DNA of 48,830 nt, counting the filler, from Bipalium vagum (taxonomy: Eukaryota), in NCBI GenBank assembly GCA_037834085.1. It is 2 parts of 2 records of this genome, joined end to end, with 100 filler letters (N's around TTAATTAATTAA, not from the genome) between each part and the next. Parts side by side here need not be neighbours in the genome. Positions count along the whole stretch, not along the records: positions 1 to 29,238 come from JBBMKC010035359.1; 1 more part is not named here. The stretch is one strand, 5' to 3'. The notes below the pieces were generated by a model. The model was not told the DNA's origin and did not search any database. It was given only the letters and a program-made list of their open reading frames with translations. The first letter of the stretch is position 1, and each line of letters begins with the position of its first letter. Shown here in pieces: positions 1-13,579 of the stretch. Position numbers and translations under genes: made by a program.

Positions 1-1770
1 AAGTTTATTTCATAAACGGCATCTAAATTAATACAATAAAAATATTACAGGTGGAATCATAATCAAATTAGTTCAGTGAAATAACATTGTTTGTAAAAAC
101 ATACTTGAATCTATTTCAATGGCCAGGTACTATAAAATGGGACTCGTTGGGAATCCCTGGGAGACAGAACAGGACCTAAAGGACGACCCGGGAACCCATT
201 TTTGCTTAGAGTGAGAGAGCTTTTATAGTTTTATTTTCTTTTGTTTGTTTTAATCATAACTTTAATTTAAATATTTATATTAATATTATTTTATTAAAAT
301 GGCATTTCGATCTTTTGATACTTGATTCTTTAGTGTGATTTTGAATTTGAATTAATCATCCTATTAAAATTACTTTATTCCATATACATTTTGATTCATT
401 TCGGGGTGCGAACCGAGATTAGGTTTTATTGTGGTCATTTTAATTCAAGTGAGTTTAGATTTTTGTAGCAGTGTATGTAAAAGAAACACAACATGAAAGA
501 AGTGAGGATTTAGTGAAGTTCGAGCTAAAGTTACATATTTCAATTAGGGAAAATAGTAACATTTATAATCACTGTTATATATCGTAGTGAAAAGGTGAAT
601 ATAATGTATTGGTTGTTATGGTGATTATTTTGAAGGAGACAAATAATATTAATGTTTTAACAATAAAATTTTTAATAATTTGTTGTTAATGTTAATGACC
701 ACTGAGAAGACTTTTTGAGCAAACCTTGTATAAAACTGAAATTTGTAATAATCTATAAATTATCGTTGCATGTTTGAGATTCATTTACAAATTCTTATAT
801 TTTTATGAAAAACTAGTTGCTTCTAGTATAGATTACACATAAAATGAGATATTAAAAATGTATGACACATTTCGCAGTTCACAAGATTTAATATAATAAG
901 ATCTTTTAGTATGACAGGAATCATTATATAAATATAGGATGTGAGATACCTAAAAATGCATTCAGGTGCTCTCAAATTTAATTTGGTGATCAAAATAAAG
1001 TAAAAATAATGAAGGAGTCAAACTAAATTGATTTCTCCAACATATTCTTCAAATTAAACGCGGATATTGAAACGTTTTATTTATCAGCATTTTTTTATGT
1101 AAACATATTTCTATATGGAAACTTGAAATGTTGAGATATTTATAATTCTTATTTCTTTTTTCTTAATGTTTTTTACAATATCAAGAAGGCTTAGGGAGAA
1201 AATTTCTTATTATAATAATTACTTTATTTATGTAGATGATAAATTTAATATACTGAGCAAAATTCTTCACATCAACAACAACAAGAAAGCTTTTTTTTAA
1301 ATAACGGGTTTTTATATAATCTAATAAAAAAGGTCTTTCAGCTCAGTGATTCAATTGGCCTTAGCAGCTTCTTTTCATATCAAGGTTTTCAGTAATCCTA
1401 CCAATCTGGTTGCTTACATAGATAAAACAGGAACCAAAATGGAAATTTAATCGGAAAACAGCGAACTATTTTTATTTTGATAGAAATTAAGACATTCATA
1501 TTGTAAAACATTAAAAATTTCAGATTAACCATTGAAAATATTTTCAAGATTGCTAATATTCGTGTTAATTATTTTCTGATAAAGGTATGAAGAGAAAATA
1601 GAGAATGAAATAGGAAATAGTATGTAAAAATATTAAATATTTCGAAAAATTGTAAGGCTGGGGCCTCTGCGATTGATTTTTAATTAATGTTAATGATAAT
1701 GAAAACTAGTAGTATTAAATTTGGGCATCAATTACAAAAAAAATAACAAAAATAGAAGTTAAAATGTTAA

Positions 1771-1808
<38 letters not shown>

Positions 1809-2191
1809 TATCAATACTAAAAATTTTTATAATTAAAATTTTAATTTAGTTTATTTTAATATTTAAAAAGTAAAAATATATGAAAATAACTTACCACGTA
1901 ATTAAGAATATTTTTAATTTATCTTACAAAATCAAAGTTTTCGACATTCATCTTAATATTTTCGAGATATTTTTAATATTTTCAAGATTCGGAAAAAATT
2001 ACCGTTAATAGAGATTAGTAGTTCGATTGTTATTGTGGAGGATATTGTCTGGCTCACTTTCACATATTTTATTATTTTTAAACACAGTTTATGTGAATTT
2101 AGATTTTGTTGACTCAACAGGTTTAAAAGCAAACATTAAAATATTTACATAAAATTGTTAATTTAATTTTTATTATGTTTTTTCAAAATAT

Positions 2192-3175
2192 TATTGGTAC
2201 AAATAAATAATTCGGATTTTTTTAGTAACTGAAGCATGGTAATTCTGAAACAAAAATGAAAATTTATTTATTCAAAATAGTGGCCATTGTTATCCACACA
2301 TTTCTTCGATATTTCAGTCAACATCTTCGTACGATTTGAAGTCCTGCTTAGCAAATTCATGTGCCATTGAATGGAACAGGTGAAAATCGGAAGGTTGGCG
2401 AGTACTTCCCATTTCGTATCTTTTAACATGCTTTTAACTGCTTTAGAAGTGTAAGGAGTTGCGTTGTCATGTAGAAGAATTACTTTTCCATGTTTATTGA
2501 CCCATTCTGGACGCTTAACTATTAAAGACTGATTCAGTTGGGATATTTGGTTTAGGTATCTCTTCGAATTAATACTTTCACCTGGTTCGAGAAGCTCATG
2601 GTACACCACGCCTTGCTGACAGAACCAGACTCAGAGCATTGTTTTCTTTCCGAAGCTGTCTGGTCTTGCAGTTTGTTTTGATGGCTGACCTGGGTTAAGC
2701 AATGCTTTCGTACAATTTGGATTTTCAAAATAGATCAACTTTTCATCTCCTCTCAATAGTTGATGGAAGAAAGACTTTCTTTCGTGCCGTTGTAAGAGCA
2801 TGACACTGACTACTTTTCGGTTTTTTAGTTTTCTTTTTATTCAATTGATTAGGCACCCATTTTCCTTCCTTGGCAAGTTGATTTTGTGATTGACAGGAAT
2901 CTTCATCCAATAAATGTTGTAAATCTTGGTTTTCAAATTTGGAGGGACGACAGGGGTTTGTTATCCTTTACACTGAGATTATTACTTCTTTAGCCTTGAA
3001 ACCAACGCTCGCATATGTGTTGAGATACTAAATGTTTTCCATAAACATCTGATAACATCCTGCAGCTTTCTGCGATAGTTTTGCTCATCATGAAGTAATG
3101 AATGAAAACTTCCCGCAAGTGTTCTTTACTAAATGTTGACATATTTAGTTCTAAAAATTTTGAACTTATTAACAT
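2192..3175 (-). mobile_element. Decayed mariner transposon (Mos1/mauritiana-like)
   Basis: Broken frames give KEHLREVFIHYF..CERWFQ, GKWVPNQL, GDEKLIYFENP, VYHELLEPGESIN, ILLHDNATP. TIR-like tattggtacaaataaataattcgg at about 2192. Stops, frameshifts and deletions throughout. Confidence 0.92.
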
Positions 3176-3760
3176 ATTATGAAAATTTAAATGATTACCC
3201 TATTAATTAAATGTTATTCAACAAATTGATTTATATTTCAATTTACAATTATATTTCGATATCTCACTATATATATTTTAATAAATCCATTTAATATTTA
3301 GCAAATATTAACTGTTTAGTTTAAAACATATAGAGAATGGAGCCCTCTTTTGACTGGCTATTAAATAATTTTTGGAGGAAAAGATTTTATTTATTAGGAT
3401 TTTTTAAAAACTAACCATTGTTATTATTAGAAATTTTATTTTAAGTTGTTCGTTGTCGGAAGATTAGGGAAACTGTGTTTTGTTCAAGATTCAATTGTTT
3501 ACTTTGATTTTATTATGCGAAACGATTTTACAATGGGTTCTGATCTGCTCGGTCGTCTATAGGCATAACAGTTCGGGTATGTCATACAACCTACAGATCA
3601 ACTGTTCACGGTTGATGAGTGTATTTTTTTATTAATCTTTTAGTTAATTAATCCTTTATCTATATTTTCATTCCCTTGGATTTTAACAGAATCGATTTAC
3701 TGGACAATAATTGTTTATTTGATTATTTTTGTGATTATTTAATCATTTTTTATTATTGGT

Positions 3761-4724
3761 TCACTTACATTTATTTTGACGATTCAAATTATAATATATA
3801 TTAATTGGTATATAGACATGGTGCTGAATCAGGAATGAAAATATTACAGTCCAGATTTTGTAAAGATTTTGCCAGCTTCTATCCAGTATGTCGGTGTGCA
3901 CTTTGGTGTTCATTCTTGTTTTCTCTAAAATCTCTACTTCACCCGGACCATTGGCTCTAATGCAACCCCATATCATCAAGGAGTCTGCATGCTTTACTGT
4001 TGGTTGTGTGTACCTTTCGTTGTACCTTTCACCAGTTGCTCTGATAATATATTGAGAATATTATCCAAACGGGCCTATGTAGCACTCATCAGACCAGAGC
4101 ACTTTCTTCCAATATTCTGTGGTCCAATGTCGGTAGGTCTTTGCAAATTGCAATCTCTTCCTCCGACTAGCTTGAGTTAGGAGAGGCTTTTTTGCAAACT
4201 TGAAAGCTTTCAAATCCATGGCTTTGAAACATCTACCAAGCGTGCTCCTGTGGAGATTTTTACCAGCATATAATAAATTCTTTCGAACATTCTCTGTTCG
4301 AAACCATAGATCGGCGATTACATGATGATCATAGGATTTCGTCTTCTTTGGCCTACCACTTCTTTCTCTGTCATGATAACTGCCCGTTTAATTATACTTG
4401 CTTAATGCATTCTGCATTGTAAATCTTGCGACATTTAATCTTCTTGAAATGTCCATCTGACTATACCCTTCTCGGGTATAAAAGTTTACAACTTGTGCTG
4501 TGATTGTCGGAGTCAATGAAGGATTTTTCCCAATAAGTTTCTAATAGTTTCTTGGTGTCAAAAATGCCAAACTGAAATTTCTGATATATTAAATTATTTT
4601 TGATTAATAAATAAATCATTTACTACTTAAACCAATCGTAGAATTTTGTAACTGATCTAAAATGATATTTACTTAATTTATAATGATAATTTTAAGGTGC
4701 CTTAAACTTTTGCACACGACTGTA
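3761..4724 (-). mobile_element. Decayed Tc1-family transposon (5' TIR plus partial transposase)
   Basis: TA-CAGTCGTGTGCAAAAGTTTAAGGCACC TIR on minus ending 4722. HTH region GYSQMDISRRLNV...RSGRPKKT, then KKPLL..WKKVLWSDE and MIWGCI. Confidence 0.9.
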
Positions 4725-6169
4725 TATAAAATACTTTTTTTTTATAAAAAATTTTCATTTTCACTTTAGTTATAATATTATTTATACATTTGAAACTTTT
4801 TATTTCACTTCAACTCCACTTTAATTCTTTGAAACTAAGAATTGCGATTGGTTAAGCTGAAGTCTCATGGAAAACCATACCCCTTCTGAATATTATAAAT
4901 TTTAATTTATTATTTCTTTTCAATTTTTAAAAAATTGCTTATTTTAGATATTTGAGAGGGTCCATAATTTAAAATATAACCGATTAGAAAGAAAAATTTT
5001 TATTATATATTTTAAGATATTATGAGTGAGGGCTTAATGATATGTTTTCACACTTCAGTATTTTAATTAATAATAAGTAATACAATGAGAAATTATGTTT
5101 TCACCAGTTTATTTCAACAAAACATATAATGAGGCATAGTTTAGTAGCAAACATTTCACTGATCCCATTGTGAGAACATAAAGATGTGGCTTCCGGTAAT
5201 TTCTGTGGAAGCAATAATGCCGAATTACGTTTGACACATTGTAACAAAATTATAAATGTTCTAATATTTGATTCATCTCTCAATACATCGCTTTGGTCGC
5301 ATTGTTGACTGGAATATGAGTACATAAGCAACCAATTATGTTACAAATGTCCCCAGAGATAAGCAACACAGAGAAGTATTCACAGATCCTGTTTCTGATT
5401 CTCTCTACATTGACTGACTTTTTCCCCCATAATTTTGTGAAATCTGTTGCTTTTCATTATTCATGTTTAATCGTCAAGCCTCATTAAATCAGGTCAATTG
5501 CATTCAACATAAATTAGCAAAATTCATCTGGATGGTTCAATATGTAAGAAATATTAATATGGTGGAAAGGACTTAGTATTATAGGAAAGGTCTGGTGAGA
5601 TCCAGAAATGGTTCTGATTTCATGTCACCTTGAAAATATTTTATTTGGTCATTTAATCTATACCATGTTTGATTAATATGAGAAATTAATAATTGTAGTA
5701 AAAATATATAATTAAATTGAATATTATAATTATATCATCAAGACTGATTAAAGAATAATATCATTATTTATTTTGATAATTATTTTAAAAATCATTGAAA
5801 TTTGGTTTAGAAATCAGTAATACCATATATTCAGAAGGGTTGAGGATTTCAAATTATAAATCAATCGAGTTATATTCTTGTGTAGTCATTTTTAAATAAT
5901 AATTCAATTAAAATAAAATCTAATCTCTTCACGAGAGGTTTCTTCCATGTGATAATAATAGTTAATAATTATTGAACATTTAATGTCTTACAAACATTTT
6001 TTACAAACAAAGTCACGTGAAATGCTCATTTCCATTGAAATACAATTCGTTTTAAATCATTCATAATTAAAAATCCTGGCGTACTAGTTCAAAGCAGACA
6101 GAATTTTTGAAACCAGAGTCAAAAACTGAAAGACGAGAGTTGTCTTCTAAGTTTTTTATAGAGATATAA

Positions 6170-6700
6170 AATAAGGAAAAAACTGAAAATATTTTATTTG
6201 TTTTCAAATTATTTCCAAAAAATCAATTGTGAAAGCAGTTATTCCACTTTCCATTTTGAATATATAAATTGCCTCTTCCTATGACTTGAACCGTTGGCCA
6301 CGAAGTTTATTCTTGATGTTTGGAAATGCGAAAAAGTCGTTTGGACTTAGGTCGGGACTATATAGTGGATGACCCAATAATTCCATATTTTAAGAAGATA
6401 AAAAAATCTGTTGTTCCTAGAGTTGTATGAGAAATAGCATTGTCGTGATAAAGAATGATTCTCAGTTTCTTATTTGTTTTTTGAAGAACTGAAATTATTT
6501 CTGGCAAACATATTGTTGTATACTATTGTACCGTAATCGTTTCTTATATTGTAAAGGATTTGTAGCTTTGAGACTTGCTTTTGAGACAAGCGTTGCGATC
6601 ATCTACTTTGATACACTGCGAGAACGGGTAAATTTTGTCAGATTCTCCTCTGATTGGAACACCAACAGATACAACAAATCCATGATTCGACAATGTTGTA
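6170..6700 (-). mobile_element. Mariner 3' fragment (irritans-like)
   Basis: Minus translation YTTICLPEII..RIILYHDNAISH..MELLGHPLYSPDLSPNDFFAFPNIKNKLRGQRF, containing the mariner YSPDL motif. Confidence 0.88.
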
Positions 6701-7855
6701 CAAAACATGATTATATTTATGATGAGAAATAAAAATTATTATTCGTTGACGAGTGTACTTAATTAGTTGATGATTATTTTGAAATAAACTACAAAAACGG
6801 TCTTTGGAAATTGTTAAGATCTTGATGGATTTGTACTTTGTTTAAAAATACCAATGTGTAACGTTTATCTAAAACTAAATTATCAAACTGTAAATTATTA
6901 AACTTCATATCTGAATAGTAATTACTAGTGACCATCTTAGGTTTTTCTGACTAAACAGAGATTATATTTTTGCATATGAAAAAAAAGAAATTTGTTATTA
7001 AGACTTAAATTAATAAGAATTAAGTAAGAATATTAAAAAATTTAATATTATAAAATTATACCCGGCTAAAAATAAAAATTTTAACAATTTCCGCTTTGGA
7101 AAGACCACGGAGAACTTCATAAGATCACAATTTAAGAGTGCACTATTGTGGGGAAAGTATGTTGGAGAATCATTTTGATCTGAAGATTAGAAAAAAGTAT
7201 AATTGAAAGAATTTTCTTTATTTCAATGTTTTATTGTTTTTGAAGTTATATTCATTTGTTCATAAAATTTCTTCAAATATCTTCAAATTCTTCAAATGTT
7301 CAACACAAATTTATTATCTCACTAAGAGGGATAATAGTTTTTCTGTTGAACATTTAATAATTTAGTCAACTCTTTTTCTGTCATATAATTCATTTTCCTA
7401 AGAACATTTATTAAATCAAGACTCCTCGTTGAAGTCGTTCTTACTATTTATAATTAAAGTATTGATTTTAAAGGTGTATGAATTTTTCCAAAGAAGGAAA
7501 TAAAATAAGAACATACGTATGATTTTCTTCATGCAAAACACAATGAAAATTTTAAAATAAAAAAATTATTTCACTGAGAGTTTTGTAAAATTTCTTAAAG
7601 AAATCTCCAAAGATGAATTCTGTTTGGTCACATTCTTCTTCAACCTTGAATTCGAGAGTTCATATTTTGTTTTACTTTATAATATTAAGTGTGTGAATTA
7701 ATTAGTCCTTTTTTATGTCAATTAATTATTGATTTTTTTTATACAATATTATAAATTTAGATTTATATATTTTTTAGTTTGAAAATATTTTAATAATATT
7801 TTGCTAATAAACGTTTGGATCTGTAACAACAATATCTCGTTTAACTCAATTAAAA

Positions 7856-8130
7856 ATGTCAAAATTTGAACCGCAAAAAAGCAAAAATTCCGGAAAGTAC
7901 ACATTTTCAGTCTCCATCTGAAAAACACAGCAGCTATATACTGCTCATGGAAGCCTATGGTGAAATTGCTACAAGCGATAAATCATACCAAGAATGCTTT
8001 AGAGATTATAAAAGCACTTCAGCAATTATGAAGAAATAGAAAAATGGCTCAAAGAATGGATAAATTCGAAAGACGAGTTGTTGTTTCTTAAGGAATTTCA
8101 ACAACTGCAATAATGGATAGCGAAAGATAA
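7856..8130 (+). mobile_element. Internally deleted mariner relic
   Basis: N-terminal MSKFEPQK..HLKNTAA..LLMEAYGEIATSDKSYQECF is joined directly to C-terminal HFSNYEEIEKWLKEWINSKDE. Confidence 0.75.
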
Positions 8131-10189
8131 TCCATGTTTATTTATGTGTATTAATTTTAAAGATACCCCTGTAACATTAGTCATAGGGTTTTTGTTTTAA
8201 TATCAGAAATATATAAAAATGAACAATAAATATTCTTTTTGTCATTATGATTTTTGTATTGCATTATTCAATCAACCAATTTCCTTGTCATATATTAATG
8301 TACAAAGTTATGTTCGATTTGCGTGTCATTTTGAAGATCCAGATTAGTGACATGTTTTGAGTAATGTTTACAGCTCACATTTTAAAAATAATTAAATCTT
8401 TTGGTAGTCAAATAGAAACCAAATCATTATTATCTCATAACAGTCAAAGAATGCAATCTCTTTGGAGAATCAACACACCTCTTTCTTCAACCATACCTTT
8501 ATGTTATTTATTCTTAAGGTTAGATTTTATAATGATTTAATGCCGAGATGGTTCGCCTTTCCATTATGTTCCCATTGAAACGTCAAAATTGTTACGAAAA
8601 TATTAAAAAGATGTCAATAAGAATTCGAAAGAGTTCATAAAAATCGTTTCATATAATATGACATTAATAAAATATCTGAGAGGGGTCAGTCCACAATAGA
8701 GAGTTTTTCAAAGTGAGTTTGAATGGATCAGAAATAATGTTTTGCACAGAATAAACTTGATCTCAATAATCAATGTAATATATAAAGTGACTGCAAAAAT
8801 TTGTAAAGGACTGCCGGAAGAAAGTTTGTGTCGTATCCTTGAATAAAATGCAAACCATATATGGGATTCAGTTGGAGTTTTGAGTAAATATTTCCTTGTA
8901 TAAAATTCGTTAGGTATTTTAGTTCAGTCACACGTTCTTCTGGAATATTTGTTTACGAAATTCGAACACAGTCCGTTTTCTGGTTTAACGCACCTGGCCC
9001 CTTCCAGTGAATAGAATATCTATCATCACGCAACACTGTATAAAGTACTGACGCGAAACGCCTGCGGTACATCTGGTAAATTCCCATCGTCAGCTAAGGA
9101 AAATTAATAACAATACTGGTCAACAACAAATGATCGCTGAATAATTAATGGTCGATGATTTCCAGCCTAGCAACCGATGCAGATCCGTTTTCCGCATCAT
9201 TCCGTAGTGCCATAATTTGATTAGAGGTTGAATTTATTGTCGAGATTAGCCATTATAATAATGATTTTATCAGCCCTTGGTTTATTGTCACTCGTCTCGA
9301 TATACATTTTCGAAATGTATTCAGTTGACGTTGGATCAATGATAAAATAATTATTTTAAAAACTTTTGTCTTCAGATCACTCGAGTTCTTCTCTGTATAA
9401 TTGTCATAAAATGTTGGCTGGATATAGGAGTCCTTTTATGAAAATTTGACTTTAATGGTCGATCAATACTTTATAAATAATGGTTTGAAAAAAAATAATA
9501 AAAATAATAAAAAAATAAATATATTAAACTCTTCAAATTTTAATACTTTGTTTAAATGATCTCAAATTTAATTATCAGGAAATATTTATATCTTCTTTAT
9601 AATTCGTCTTTATTTATTTTTTATTTAACTATATTCTGGTTTAGTAACGCTCATTCCGATATTGATCTTTTTAATTTTTTAATTAAAGTTTTAATTATTT
9701 TCTTAAATATACTTTTCGTAATGTTGGAAATAATATTATTAAAATTGAAGAGGGTTTCGATAAAACTATTTCTAAATTAATCAGATAGCGATCTTTCATA
9801 TTGGATTATTTATTGATGAAATAACAAATCTGCACCTTTTAATTATAAATCAAATATAAAATTCATGTTAATTAAAGATTCAGACACGATAGTGAATGAA
9901 GCTGAATAATTTTTCCCATGAATTTTACTAAGATTTAAAAACAGTAACATAAAATATTGTTTTAGAAATAATGGAAAATATTATTTATTACTATTGGAAA
10001 GACATTTATATTTTGGAAGAATTATTAGTAATATCTTTCTTTATTTTATTTTTATACATTTAGTTTTAAAAGTTTTAAAAAATATTATTAATTATATATT
10101 TTTAAAGCTAAATTTATTGTTTTTTACATACTTTTTATGAATATAAAGAAACTAGTTAAAATTTTGTATGCTGACAAAGAAAAAAGTTT

Positions 10190-10730
10190 AAAAATAATGT
10201 TATTATTCAGTATAACATCTCTTACGATGAATACGCTTGTCCCAACAATTCTCAACTGGAGAATCTCATTTTTAAAATGACTCATCGGATGACTTTCGAA
10301 ATCCCTCTTTACACCTAGTATGGCTTCACAATTTTTTGAAAACATTTTCCACAAAGGAACTTTGTGAGTTTTGGAATAGATGCAGATCTGATAATTTGGT
10401 GGATGTTCCGATAATGTATAATGCAAGTTCTTCAATTTTGTCATAACAAGAACACTTTTGTATAACCTTAGATTATCCTGATGGAACAAAATTCTATCCT
10501 TTTAACCCGAATCTTTAACATAAATATTTTCATATAACTGGTTCAAAATAGTTGAATTATATTATTTAGTTACTGTTTTACCTTCTGAAAGTAATTATCA
10601 ACTTTTTTTTTTGTATCAAAAAACTGATACAAACACATTCTCGACTGATCTAGTTCTTTTGGATTGCTTTGTAGCTGTATTACCCGCTTCACTCCACTCT
10701 GCACTGCTGCTTGGAATCTTAACCAAGCAC
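10190..10730 (-). mobile_element. Decayed mariner (Himar1/irritans-like) catalytic region
   Basis: SAEWSEAG..KRTRSVENVFVSVF..GKTV..ILFHQDNLRLYKSVLVMTKLKNLHYTLSEHPP, matching the recalled Himar1 FHQDNAPCHKS..AKIHELGFELLPHPP. Confidence 0.8.
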
Positions 10731-13501
10731 CCTTTAAATTTTTTATATGATCCAAATAAATGAACAATAATTTTCCTTCAATCATTTATAAATTAATTAA
10801 TTTTTATAATAAATTAATTATTAAACGTAAATAAATTAAGTTTTTAAATGGTATTCCCAAAAACCAAGTTAAATAATTAAATCCTGAGTGTCAGACTAAT
10901 CAATTTTTTCTGAAAATGAGAGTTAATTTTAATGAATGCAAATAAAATTTTTTAATAAATTATGAATGACTACAAAATCTGAAAAGGAGACAAGTTGGAA
11001 AAAACTTTAATTTTTACATTACATTTTATTTTTTATTCATAAAGCAAACATTTGGAAATTAAAATATTTATTCGTGGAAAAGTTCTTTTTTATTATTGAA
11101 AATAAATCAATTGTTCCTTTGAGAAGTTTTCCATCAAAACTAAATTTCATGAAAAAAAAGATTAAAAATTAAAATAACATTGAGAATGATCAATACTTGG
11201 TTTTATTTTACTGAAATCAGCTACTTGGAAATTAATTATAAAAAGTTCTGTACCAAAGCACAGCCACCAGCATAATCAAATAATAAGAGTCCCATTTGTG
11301 TTGATTGAAATCCCAAAAACTGTCAAAGCATAATTCATAAGCACCAGTAATTGTCAATGTATGTTAACATAGTGAAAACTTCGAGACACAGTAAGCACAA
11401 ATCAATATCTTTCATTAAAAAAATAATAATAAATATAATAATAATAATAATAAAATAAAGATATTATTTTAAAAAAATAATAATAAATAAATAAAATTTT
11501 CACTCATTTTATAGACTATTAAAACAAAATTTGTTTAACTTATTCACATTTATTAAAGTTAAATAAATCAATAATGTAAAGGATTTAAATAAGGATGATA
11601 ATAATTGCCTAAATTATTTAGTGGAGATGACCTAATTCACTGGTGGATCGATGAGAAGAATCTTGGCAGTCTTAACTGGTGGCAACAGTAAAAAAACAGT
11701 TCATAGATATAATAACAATAATAATAATAAACATCATGACAGAATGTGAGTTTATCTCCACAAAACTCGTGTAAATCTGCTGCAAAAACACCAACAACCA
11801 GCTCGGAAAGGCTGAATTAATGAATAAATGGTAGTAGAGAATAAACTATAAACCCAACACGAGGGACCAGTTTACAATTATCACCAATCTTTCACTCAGT
11901 CGTATATTTAGTCTTCCTGAGACACCAATAGCAATCCCATCGGGATGCACTGAGCGATATCAGCTCAAAATTCAATTGCAAGTGGCCAATCCTTATCTTT
12001 GGTAGCCAGTATCAAAAAAATTGACTGATGCTGCAAACAAATCAGACCACCAGTTAAAATCAAGTCATCAGCTTTATCGATCAGTGGCCCTCAACATTAC
12101 TTCTATAATTGAATTAATACCAAATAAGATTTTCCGGCCTCTTTCATCGATCGTTTAGAGAGTCCCACAGGACCCTGTTAATGGAAAACACATTAGTTAG
12201 ATTAACAAATCTAGCTTCGACCTGGTGCTTATTTTCAGTTGACTTTTCTTGTGGTCGATTAGCCAATTTACATTATTGATGAAGCTCGCCACCAAAACCG
12301 TGATGGAGCGGCAGTCGCTACATTTGTTGCACTGACCATCGCTGCCCATCTCTTTTTATGGAATTCATAACATTGAACTTATCACAAATGATTGACATAT
12401 TTCGTTACATTTCGCTGTTTGACAACACGAGTCTGTTCTCAAACGTATTCCGCAAAATGGGACTTGGTCATATATATTGATTTTGTGCTGTCCAACAGAT
12501 TTTATTTCGTTTTTTCATCGAAAAAACCCATCTTATCTCTCATGTTAATCATGGATTTGGGCTGAAAAAATAGTTTTTGATAAAATCAAAATTTTACAAT
12601 TTTCAATCCGTTTCAAGAAATTCTGGAAAAAAATCGACAAAAAATTCCCTTTTTAAATTTTTCAGTTGATTTTACGAATTTATCGTAGTAAATTATTTTA
12701 CGAGTTAATTTTCGCAGCGTATTTTTTTCCAAAAAATAAATTACAAGATAAGATTTTTTTGCGTTATCATATGAAACGTAAATCCCATTTATGAAAAAAA
12801 AACCCCCCTATTTTATTGTCTGAAATTTCCTGATACAATATAATGAATTAATTAATGATTTATTAAAACAAATTATCAATTCATTAATGTGTTAACAGCT
12901 TTTCGTGCTTAATTGACACAAGACGATTATTATTTTTTTGTTTTAATCGCAAAATAATATTTAACGTTTTTATATATTATATAATTGATTTGATTCCTTT
13001 TGTTAACAATTTAATAAATTTGAACGATTTATGCCGTTTTCTGCCATATTTATCATTCATTAAAACAAATCGTAAATAATTTATTGTGAGTAAACGAATG
13101 ACCCTCAATGATCAAGAAAATTTAATAATTAATCTTGATGTTCCGAGAATATTTTATTAGAGGTTTAGTACAAATGAACATAGAGTTGTGAGGAAATGTA
13201 CAAAAATTCAGTGATTTCAATAATTTATAATTATTTATAATTGATTGTTTTCACTAAAAATCATCCATGCATTTTTATTAAATTTCAGTCGATGTGAAGT
13301 TTTGAGTAATCAAAACTTTGTTTTACTACATTGAGAGTTCAGGGTTTTCTTTATATATGAAAACATCCAGAAATCTTACTCCGGAGAGATTGTTCTCAAA
13401 TTATATACATTGATACTACAAGCCTAATTCTGATTTTACTTGAAAATCTCACAAAAAAATTAAATTATTGTTGTTCTAATACAAAATAAAGGTTGAAACT
13501 A

Positions 13502-13505
<4 letters not shown>

Positions 13506-13579
<74 letters not shown>
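13506..13579. repeat. (ATT)n microsatellite
   Basis: About 24 perfect units. Confidence 0.97.

Noticed and set aside
1771-1810. (AAT)n/(ATT)n inverted hairpin
   Set aside because: Back-to-back microsatellites are expected in this AAT-rich genome.
11912-12010. miR-125-like (ttcctgagac) and miR-9-like (tctttggt) words
   Set aside because: Seed mismatch or only an 8-nt match, and no hairpin is evident.
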